Below, piece after piece: positions 57,298 to 64,000 of a stretch of DNA of 64,000 bases. Position 1 is the stretch's first letter, and each line of letters opens with the position of its first letter. A program made the translations under genes and the position numbers. This stretch comes from an uncultured Oscillospiraceae bacterium (GTDB lineage: Bacteria; Bacillota; Clostridia; UMGS1883), in contig CAYMHB010000003.1 of assembly GCA_964390145.1 (NCBI GenBank), positions 3,145-67,144 on the forward strand, written 5' to 3'. The notes under the pieces are model-generated. The model was not told where the DNA came from, ran no database searches, and saw only the letters and a program-made list of their open reading frames with translations.

Positions 57298-58500
57298 TTT
57301 TCCTGCGCTTTTTAATACATTTTTCTGGTGAGTGGAATTTTCGACACCGCTGCTGTGTCCGATTGATTTATAGAAATGCAAATCAAAATGTCCGTGTGCA
57401 TCGTTTCCTTTTATGTAGTCGTAATTCGTCCCTGCGCCGTAATTGTCACTTCGCCAGCTTGTCCACTCTCCGCCAGCAGCGCCGTCGTTTCCTGCATGAA
57501 GCATCCCTGCGGCACTTGCCGCAATCGTTCTTCCGTTGATTTTAATAAGAACACTGCGCTTGCTCCAATTAAATGTTCCGCCCCATATTTCTTTCATTTT
57601 TGCGGTGTCACTTGCAGTAAGCGGCTCACAGTCTGCATGGCCGCTACCGACAGTCCTTCTCGCATTAAAACTTTTTCCTGTTTCAAGGTCAACTACGGTG
57701 AAATCTGCATTTATAGGAACAACGTACTGTGCCTCGCTGAACCATTCAAGCAGTTCTCCGTAACCGCTTGGTGCATCCTTTACAGGAATGTGATGAACAG
57801 GAATTGTAAGTTTCATCCCGTTGTATATATAGCTTGATTCGGTGAGTGAATTAGTATCTAAAAGTTCCTGATAGGGGATTCCGTATTTGATAGCAATATT
57901 CCAAAGCGTATCTCCGCTTGTGACGGTATGTGTTTTATATGTGACAGATGGAGTTGTTGATGAACTTCCATCCGAACTTCCGCCGTTTGAGGAAACAGGA
58001 ATTTGAACAATGTCGCCCACAAAGAGAGTTGAGTTACTTGTTGCATTGTTGGCAGAAAGTATCGAATTAAGGCTGATTCCGTACTTTTGCGAAATAGTCC
58101 AGTAAGTATCGCCTTTTTGTACCGTGTAGGACGTATATCCGCTGTTTGATGATGGAATAGTGATTTTTTGTCCTACGTAAAGCATAGTATTACTGTTAGC
58201 GTTGTTTGCATCAAGGAGAGATGAAAGTGATATACCGCATTTTTTTGCAATAAGATAGTATGTATCACCCTTCTGGATTGTATATGTGTTTGAAGGTACT
58301 TTTATTATCTGTCCCACCATTAACGAAGAGGAATAATCGGCTCCGTTTACTTCGAGAACGGAACTAAGCGTCGTATTAAACTTTTGCGCTATATTCCAGT
58401 AAGAGTCTCCTTTCTGTACGCTATAATTTACATCGGCAAGAGCGGTAGAGGGTAAAAGTGCCATAGCCGTCAGCGATGCAATTATTTTTTTGTTCTTCAT
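57295..58500 (-). CDS. secreted protein with four LysM repeats and a C-terminal domain of unknown function
   Basis: It has four Y(S/T)VQKGD(S/T)YW...-type LysM units. The signal peptide MKNKKIIASLTAMALLPSTALA starts at 58500. An upstream in-frame ATG at 58527 lacks an RBS. Confidence 0.8.
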   Translation of the reverse strand: MKNKKIIASLTAMALLPSTALADVNYSVQKGDSYWNIAQKFNTTLSSVLEVNGADYSSSLMVGQIIKVPSNTYTIQKGDTYYLIAKKCGISLSSLLDANNANSNTMLYVGQKITIPSSNSGYTSYTVQKGDTYWTISQKYGISLNSILSANNATSNSTLFVGDIVQIPVSSNGGSSDGSSSTTPSVTYKTHTVTSGDTLWNIAIKYGIPYQELLDTNSLTESSYIYNGMKLTIPVHHIPVKDAPSGYGELLEWFSEAQYVVPINADFTVVDLETGKSFNARRTVGSGHADCEPLTASDTAKMKEIWGGTFNWSKRSVLIKINGRTIAASAAGMLHAGNDGAAGGEWTSWRSDNYGAGTNYDYIKGNDAHGHFDLHFYKSIGHSSGVENSTHQKNVLKSAGK

Positions 58501-58633
58501 ATAGTTTTCAAACCTTTCTGTCTGCATATAATTTAGAGTAGCCTACCGCAGACAAGTAGGCTCATACTAAAATATTCTGCAAAAGGCGCTGAAATCTTTT
58601 ATGTAAATTATGGAAGAATTTTAGAAAAAACTA

Positions 58634-58662
58634 TTGACAAACAAAAAAATAATTGTTAAAAC
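58634..58662 (+). promoter_or_regulatory. candidate promoter for feoA
   Basis: The elements are TTGACA, a 17-nt spacer, and a weak -10 (TAAAAC). The -10 region lies inside the palindrome AATTGT-TAAA-ACAATT (58651-66). Confidence 0.4.
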
Positions 58663-58669
58663 AATTATG

Positions 58670-58685
58670 GTTAGTTGAGACTAAC
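58670..58685. promoter_or_regulatory. palindrome GTTAG-N6-CTAAC (candidate operator 1, feoA leader)
   Basis: Read directly as gttag ttgaga ctaac, immediately downstream of the candidate promoter. Confidence 0.4.
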
Positions 58686-58711
58686 TAACTGATTTGAGAG
58701 AAGGTGTAGTT

Positions 58712-58924
58712 ATGAATCTTACAAATGCTGAAGAAGGAAAAGAGTATATCATAAAAGAAATTCTGACAGATGATGAAGAGCTTGACGCCTTTTTATTCTC
58801 GCTCGGTTGCTACAGTGGTGAACCTATAACGGTTATATCGCATCTTAATAGCAGCTGTGTCGTTTCGATAAAGGACGGGCGATACAATATCGATAATCAG
58901 TTGGCAGAAGCTATTTTAATATAA
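58712..58924 (+). CDS. feoA: FeoA-family protein
   Basis: It is an SH3-like FeoA sequence (EGKEYIIKEI...VSIKDGRYNI) upstream of feoB. The ATG at 58712 has GAGAGAAGG upstream. Confidence 0.85.
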   Translation: MNLTNAEEGKEYIIKEILTDDEELDAFLFSLGCYSGEPITVISHLNSSCVVSIKDGRYNIDNQLAEAILI

Positions 58925-58955
58925 AATAACAGCCGTAAGGCTTTTATTTTTGACA

Positions 58956-58979
58956 TACAGTTAGCCTTAACTAACTGTA
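58956..58979. promoter_or_regulatory. palindrome TACAGTTAG-N6-CTAACTGTA (candidate operator 2, between feoA and feoB)
   Basis: It has perfect 9-bp arms and starts directly after a TTGACA hexamer at 58950-55. Confidence 0.45.
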
Positions 58980-59002
58980 TAAAACAAGAAGGAGGATTTA
59001 TT

Positions 59003-61012
59003 ATGAGAATTGCTTTCACAGGCAACCCTAACAGCGGTAAAACTACGATGTATAATGCGCTTACGGGAAGAAATGAACGCGTAGGAAACTGGGCAGGGGT
59101 AACAGTAGATAAAAAAGAAGCTCCGATAAAAAAGAGCTTTTATAACAAGGAAGAACTTATTGCAGTTGACCTTCCGGGTGCATATTCAATGTCGCCATTT
59201 ACATCGGAGGAAAGTATCACAAGCAGTTACATTAAAGAAGAAAACCCCGATGTTATCATTAACATTGTTGATGCAACAAACCTCAGCCGCAGCTTATTTT
59301 TCACAACTCAGATACTTGAACTTGGAATTCCTGTGGTTGTAGCTCTCAATAAGAGTGATATTAACGAGAAAAAGAAAACAACAATCGACACTGCGCTTCT
59401 TTCTGAAAAACTGGGATGTCCTGTTGTAGAAACTGTTTCGACAGCAAACGGCGAAAACGGTCTTTCTGAATTGATTGAAAAGGCAGTTTCAATCAAGGGA
59501 AAATCACAGAGTGCTCCGTTTGTACAGGGTGATATGGAACTTGTAAGCAAGGCTACGGTTAAAGCTGCAGACAGAAAGCGATTTGAATTTGTAAATAAGA
59601 TTGTAAAAGACGTTGAAAAACGTATAGTACATACAAACGAGAGAAATTTCCAGGATAAAATTGACGCAGTTATAACAAACAAATGGCTTGGAATTCCGAT
59701 TTTTGCTGTCATAATGTTCCTCGTGTTTGACATTTCACAGTCAACCCTCGGTCCTTTCCTCGCGGATACACTTGTAGGCTGGATAGACGCTTTCTATTCC
59801 GTTGCGGAAGGCTGGATGGAAGGAAGCAGTGACATTTCAAAGGCGTTACTTCTTGACGGAATTATTGGCGGTGTAGGTGCCGTTGTAGGTTTCCTTCCGC
59901 TTGTAATGGTTATGTATTTCCTTATTGCACTTTTGGAAGACTGCGGTTATATGGCGCGTGTAAGTGTTGTGCTTGACCCCATCTTCAAAAAAGTCGGCCT
60001 TTCAGGAAAATCAGTTATTCCTTTTGTAATTGGTACAGGTTGTGCAATCCCCGGCGTAATGGCGTGCCGTACTATCCGCAACGAAAATGAACGCCGTGCT
60101 ACTGCAATGCTTACTCCGTTTATGCCGTGTGGTGCAAAGCTCCCCGTTATTGCTCTTTTTGCAGGTGCATTTTTCAAAGACGCAACATGGGTAGGTACGC
60201 TGATGTACTTTGCAGGCATACTTATAATTTTCCTCGGCGCTCTTCTCATAAACGCAATAACAGGAAACAAAAACAAAAAATCGTTCTTTATCATGGAACT
60301 TCCCGAATATAAGATTCCAAGTGTAAAGAGAGCATTTACTTCAATGTGTTCGCGCGGATGGGCATACATAGTAAAAGCAGGTACAATCATTCTTGTTTGT
60401 AATGCGGCAGTACAGATTATGCAGACCTTCACATGGTCATTTACTGTGGCAAATGAGGCAGACAGTTCTATCCTTGCAACAGTAGCGACTCCCATCTCGT
60501 ATATAATTATTCCCGTTATCGGAATAAAGGCTTGGCAGCTTGCGGCAGCAGCCGTTACAGGCTTCATCGCTAAAGAAAATGTTGTCGGAACAATAGCAGT
60601 TGTTTATCCTGCAATTGCAGGCTTTATCAACGAAGATTTTGAAATGACAGGCGGAAGCGCGGAAATTGCATCTGTAATTGGACTTACAAAGGTTGCGGCA
60701 CTTGCATATCTGATGTTTAATCTTTTCACACCGCCTTGCTTTGCGGCTATGGGTGCTATGAACTCTGAAATTAAGAGCAGAAAGTGGCTTTGGGGCGGCA
60801 TAGGACTTCAGTTCGCAACAGGCTACACAGTAGCATTTTTGGTGTATCAGATCGGCACACTTATCGTAGACAAAAAATTTGGAAACGGTTTTGTACCTGG
60901 GCTTTTGATAGTTGCGGCAATAGTTGCATATATAACATATCTGATTCTGAAAGCCAACAAAGAAACCGCTTTGTCCGATAAAGAAACAAAAAAGGAATAC
61001 TCTCTGAAATAA
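59003..61012 (+). CDS. feoB: ferrous iron transport protein B
   Basis: It has the G-domain motif GNPNSGKTT and DLPG, plus a polytopic permease domain. A GAAGGAGG RBS is present. Confidence 0.95.
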   Translation: MRIAFTGNPNSGKTTMYNALTGRNERVGNWAGVTVDKKEAPIKKSFYNKEELIAVDLPGAYSMSPFTSEESITSSYIKEENPDVIINIVDATNLSRSLFFTTQILELGIPVVVALNKSDINEKKKTTIDTALLSEKLGCPVVETVSTANGENGLSELIEKAVSIKGKSQSAPFVQGDMELVSKATVKAADRKRFEFVNKIVKDVEKRIVHTNERNFQDKIDAVITNKWLGIPIFAVIMFLVFDISQSTLGPFLADTLVGWIDAFYSVAEGWMEGSSDISKALLLDGIIGGVGAVVGFLPLVMVMYFLIALLEDCGYMARVSVVLDPIFKKVGLSGKSVIPFVIGTGCAIPGVMACRTIRNENERRATAMLTPFMPCGAKLPVIALFAGAFFKDATWVGTLMYFAGILIIFLGALLINAITGNKNKKSFFIMELPEYKIPSVKRAFTSMCSRGWAYIVKAGTIILVCNAAVQIMQTFTWSFTVANEADSSILATVATPISYIIIPVIGIKAWQLAAAAVTGFIAKENVVGTIAVVYPAIAGFINEDFEMTGGSAEIASVIGLTKVAALAYLMFNLFTPPCFAAMGAMNSEIKSRKWLWGGIGLQFATGYTVAFLVYQIGTLIVDKKFGNGFVPGLLIVAAIVAYITYLILKANKETALSDKETKKEYSLK

Positions 61013-61024
61013 AGGGGGAGAAAA

Positions 61025-61180
61025 ATGAAAGATATTATAATTCTCGCAGTTACCATAATTGTTCTGGCTTTTGCGATGAGATATATAATAAAGGCAAAAA
61101 AGAACGGACAAAAATGCATAGGCTGCCCGCACAGTAAAGAGTGTGCGAGCAAATGCAGTTGCAGTGATAAAGTAGTTTAA
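61025..61180 (+). CDS. FeoB-associated Cys-rich small membrane protein
   Basis: This 51-aa ORF is missing from the track. The sequence is MKDIIILAVTIIVLAFAMRYIIKAKKNGQKCIGCPHSKECASKCSCSDKVV. A GGGGGAG RBS is present. Confidence 0.7.
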   Translation: MKDIIILAVTIIVLAFAMRYIIKAKKNGQKCIGCPHSKECASKCSCSDKVV

Positions 61181-61183
61181 TTT

Positions 61184-61220
61184 AAAAATGCAGGACATTT
61201 TAAAATGTTCTGCATTTTTA
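61184..61220 (+). terminator. Rho-independent terminator after the feo operon
   Basis: The stem aaaatgcaggacatttt / aaaatgttctgcatttt has one G-T pair and is followed by a T-run. Confidence 0.8.
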
Positions 61221-61279
61221 AATTGTGTGACTATGTTAAGAAAATTTTGTAAAAAATATATTAAGGTAATGGTGTTTTG

Positions 61280-61309
61280 TTGACAATTACTGCTGTTTTG
61301 TGGTATGAT
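61280..61309 (+). promoter_or_regulatory. sigma-A-type promoter (extended -10)
   Basis: The elements are TTGACA, an 18-nt spacer, and TATGAT, preceded by TGG. Confidence 0.5.
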
Positions 61310-61342
61310 AAATATGTAAATTTATAGTAAAATGGAGGCATA

Positions 61343-62005
61343 GTGTTGGGTAACTTCGTATCATCTATTACTGAACTTTTGGCACGAATTATTGTGGTGT
61401 TTACGGCAATATCTGTTCATGAACTTGCTCACGGATTTGTTGCATATAAACTTGGCGACCCTACCGCAAAATATGCTGGCCGTCTTTCTCTTAACCCTAT
61501 GTCGCATTTTGACCCGATAGGTGCACTGTGTATGATTTTGTTCGGGTTTGGTTGGGCGAAACCTGTGCCGGTAAATCCCATGTATTTTAAGGACAGAAAA
61601 AGGGATAATGCACTCGTTGCACTTGCAGGACCTGTTTCAAATATACTCCTTGCTTTTGCATCGACAATACTTACCGCACTCTTTATCTGTTTTGTAAATG
61701 CTAAATTCCCAAACTTTGTAACTGATTTTGTTACTCTGGTTTTGGTTCAGCTTGCAATAGTAAATATAGGATTTGCTGTGTTTAACCTTATTCCTTTTCC
61801 GCCGCTTGACGGAAGCAAAATTCTCGGAGCATTTTTATCATATGAAAGTTATAATAAGCTCCTGATGTATGAACGTTTTGGATTCCCGATACTGATGCTC
61901 TTGTCATTCACAGGTGTTTTAGGCAGGATTCTCAGTATTTTTACGTCGCCTTTATACTCCGGATGGTACTGGCTGCTTGATGCCCTGATAAATCTATTTA
62001 GCTAA
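61343..62005 (+). CDS. site-2 protease (M50) family protein
   Basis: It has the HELAHG zinc motif in a TM helix, plus a later NLIPFPPLDG motif. The start is non-ATG. Confidence 0.8.
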   Translation: MLGNFVSSITELLARIIVVFTAISVHELAHGFVAYKLGDPTAKYAGRLSLNPMSHFDPIGALCMILFGFGWAKPVPVNPMYFKDRKRDNALVALAGPVSNILLAFASTILTALFICFVNAKFPNFVTDFVTLVLVQLAIVNIGFAVFNLIPFPPLDGSKILGAFLSYESYNKLLMYERFGFPILMLLSFTGVLGRILSIFTSPLYSGWYWLLDALINLFS

Positions 62006-62016
62006 GGATAAATGTT

Positions 62017-62763
62017 ATGAGCGAACTTTCTTTCAAAGTAGATGTTTTTGAAGGCCCGCTTGACCTTCTTTTGCATCTTATCAGTAAGAATAAAGTAAGC
62101 ATATGCGACATACCGATTTCCATGATAACTGACCAGTATTTTGCATATATTGAACTTATGCAGCAACTCGACATGGAAGTAGGCGGCGACTTTCTTGTAA
62201 TGGCGTCGCAGCTTTTGTATATCAAATCAAAAATGCTGCTTCCCACTCCTGAAGATGAGGAAGAGGACCCCCGTGCAGAACTTGCCGACAGACTTGAAGA
62301 GTATAAAAGATACAAGGAAATTTCCGCCCAGATGGATGTTCTCAGCCACAGCCGAGATGAGGTATTCTTTAAAGGTGCAGAACCGCTTGACCTTCCGAAA
62401 GTTAAGACAGAAAACAAGGAAATTCCGATAGAGAGACTTTTTGAAGCTTTCTTTTCCGTAATAGACAGAACTTCAACCCGTAAGCCTATTGACCCCAAAA
62501 GCTTTAAACGCGTTTTGGGAAGGACAAACTATTCTGTAAGAACTGCATCGAAAGGCGTTCTGGGAAAACTTAAAAAAGGGGAGAAGACTGCTTTTGCAAA
62601 CCTTTTTGACGGGCTTACTGCTCGTGGAGAATATGTTGCAACCTTCCTTGCTCTTTTAGAGCTTATTAAAGAGAATGTAGTTACTGTAATAGAGGAGGGG
62701 GACCGTCTCTATTGCGAGAGAGGTGAAAAAGATGTGGAACTTGACAATTGGGAAGAATATTGA
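62017..62763 (+). CDS. scpA: segregation and condensation protein A
   Basis: The N-terminus FEGPLDLLLHLISKNKVSICDIPI is typical of ScpA. Confidence 0.9.
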   Translation: MSELSFKVDVFEGPLDLLLHLISKNKVSICDIPISMITDQYFAYIELMQQLDMEVGGDFLVMASQLLYIKSKMLLPTPEDEEEDPRAELADRLEEYKRYKEISAQMDVLSHSRDEVFFKGAEPLDLPKVKTENKEIPIERLFEAFFSVIDRTSTRKPIDPKSFKRVLGRTNYSVRTASKGVLGKLKKGEKTAFANLFDGLTARGEYVATFLALLELIKENVVTVIEEGDRLYCERGEKDVELDNWEEY

Positions 62764-63346
62764 GTGTGCGCTTGAGGCGGTTTTATTCTCCTTGGGCGAG
62801 GCAGTTGAAATAGAAAAACTTGCTGAAGCACTTGAAGTCAAGGAGGAAGAAGTTAAAGAAGCAAGCCTTTCGCTTCAGAAAAAGTATGATGAGGAAAATC
62901 GCGGAATTAAAATCATTGAAATAGAGAATTCTATTCAGATGTGTTCAAATCCCGAGTATTTTGAATGTATAAAGCGTGTTACGCAGATAAAGAAACAGGC
63001 AGGACTGTCTTCAGCCGCTCTTGAAACACTTTCCATAATTGCATATAATCAGCCCGTTACAAAGGGAACGATTGAATTTATAAGAGGCGTTGATTCTACA
63101 TATTCAGTAACAAGGCTTCTTGAAAGAGGGCTGATTGATGAACTCGGACGAGCAGAAACCCCCGGAAGACCTATTCTCTACGGAACAACAACAGAGTTTT
63201 TAAGATGCTTTGGTCTTAAGAATCTGGAGGAGCTTCCTCCGCTTCCTGAAAAGGAGGATCCGCTTGCTGAGACCGAAAAAGTTGAAACAGACATAATAGA
63301 AGAAGTCGCTGAGGAACAAAATGCTGAAACGGAGATTGATGAATAA
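62732..63346 (+). CDS. scpB: segregation and condensation protein B
   Basis: It contains ALEAVLFSLGEAV... and two wHTH domains. The ATG at 62732 lies 8 nt after GAGAGAGG, and the gene overlaps the scpA end. Confidence 0.85.
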   Translation: MWNLTIGKNIECALEAVLFSLGEAVEIEKLAEALEVKEEEVKEASLSLQKKYDEENRGIKIIEIENSIQMCSNPEYFECIKRVTQIKKQAGLSSAALETLSIIAYNQPVTKGTIEFIRGVDSTYSVTRLLERGLIDELGRAETPGRPILYGTTTEFLRCFGLKNLEELPPLPEKEDPLAETEKVETDIIEEVAEEQNAETEIDE

Positions 63347-63895
63347 TTGATATATGGTATTATCATAGTACTTGTTATTCTGATTTGTATATTGTTTTTA
63401 CCGATTAAGGCTGAACTTTTATATAAAGAGCAGGCGAGGCTAAAGGTTTCTTTCGTGGGTATCCCGATTTATAAGAAAATACTGAAAAAGAAAGAAAATC
63501 AAAAAACAAAAACCCCGGAGGAAAAGGCGCAAAAGCTTGATAAAAGCTCAAAAAAACTTGGAAAAAAGATTAAAGAGTTCAAAGCGTTTTATAAAATGGC
63601 AACAAAGCTTTTAAATCGGTATGTAAAACTTGATGAAATAATGATAAAAATCGAGTTTGGAACAGGTGATGCTCCAACGACTGCTATTTCAACTGGGGCG
63701 CTTTGGGGTATCGTGTATGGTTTGATAGGCAAGATAGGAAGCATATGCCAAATCCAAAAGCATGATGTTGTAATCAATCCAAACTACAATAATACGATTT
63801 TTTCCTTTGAAGGAAAATGTATAATAAAAAGCAGTATTGCTTATATTATAATTATTGCGATAACAATTTTGATGAAAAGAAATAAGGAGGAGTAA
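63347..63895 (+). CDS. DUF2953 (YtfI-like) sporulation-associated membrane protein
   Basis: It has an N-terminal TM. It sits in the scpB - DUF2953 - ytfJ arrangement typical of spore formers. The start appears to be a TTG and is uncertain. Confidence 0.5.
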   Translation: MIYGIIIVLVILICILFLPIKAELLYKEQARLKVSFVGIPIYKKILKKKENQKTKTPEEKAQKLDKSSKKLGKKIKEFKAFYKMATKLLNRYVKLDEIMIKIEFGTGDAPTTAISTGALWGIVYGLIGKIGSICQIQKHDVVINPNYNNTIFSFEGKCIIKSSIAYIIIIAITILMKRNKEE

Positions 63896-63898
63896 ATT

Positions 63899-64000
63899 AT
63901 GGGCGAACATCCTATCAACAATTTAATGAGCACGGTGATGGAAAACATCAAGGGAATGATTGATGTGGATACCGTTATTGGCGAACCTGTTGAAACATCC
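63899..64000 (+). CDS. ytfJ: GerW/YtfJ-family sporulation protein (3'-truncated by the window edge)
   Basis: The N-terminus is MGEHPINNLMSTVMENIKGMIDVDTVIGEPVETS. An AAGGAGG RBS is present. Confidence 0.6.
   Translation, partial: MGEHPINNLMSTVMENIKGMIDVDTVIGEPVETS

Noticed and set aside
58956-58979. A DtxR/IdeR iron box.
   Set aside because: It shares the GTTAG/CTAAC half-sites, but the arms are separated by 6 nt rather than the single central base of the 19-bp IdeR/DtxR consensus as I remember it. I kept it as an operator of unknown regulator.
60437-61198. A 253-aa minus-strand ORF.
   Set aside because: It is antisense to the well-supported feoB and to the Cys-rich small gene. Its composition is Cys/Phe/Tyr-rich nonsense, typical of a shadow ORF.
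1-64000. I looked for CRISPR arrays, cas genes, transposases, integrases, phage genes, reverse transcriptases and nucleotide cyclases.
   Set aside because: None was recognisable by eye on either strand. This matters for interpreting the orphan CARF protein, but it is a negative result from manual reading only.

Overview
The window looks like a chromosomal segment from a low-GC, spore-forming Firmicute, probably a Clostridia or Oscillospiraceae-like organism. That guess rests on the yunB, ytfI/ytfJ-like, scpAB, addAB and ecfA1A2T-truA gene content and on AGGAGG-type ribosome-binding sites. Most of it is tightly packed housekeeping DNA: pflA/pflB, three tandem M42 aminopeptidases plus murD, pyk, addAB, a P-type ATPase, the ECF transporter module plus truA, feoAB and scpAB. 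I found no CRISPR array, cas gene, transposase, integrase or rRNA.

The observations most worth a second look are:
1. Pyruvate formate-lyase is split precisely at the glycyl-radical domain boundary. A 111-nt insert supplies a stop codon, a Shine-Dalgarno sequence and an ATG, which leaves an 80-aa GrcA-like ORF translationally coupled to pflA.
2. An orphan CARF plus PD-(D/E)xK (Card1/DUF1887-like) effector gene has no CRISPR-Cas or cyclase nearby. It sits divergent from an ABC-DUF1854-ABC-DegV operon whose two ABC half-transporters carry paralogous N-terminal cytosolic domains.
3. A CapA metallophosphatase is fused to a MurF-like domain with a degenerate P-loop, and an in-frame TAA cuts off its last ~41 codons.
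4. A yybP-ykoY-type (Mn2+) riboswitch-like leader with a terminator lies in front of the P-type ATPase.
5. An inverted copy of the tRNA-Trp T-arm and an unexplained GC-rich spacer lie next to that tRNA.
6. Paired GTTAG-N6-CTAAC palindromes lie at the feoA and feoB promoters.
7. A decayed, chimeric Gfo/Idh/MocA oxidoreductase locus lies next to an AraC regulator.

All family assignments come from motif recognition by eye. No database search was run.
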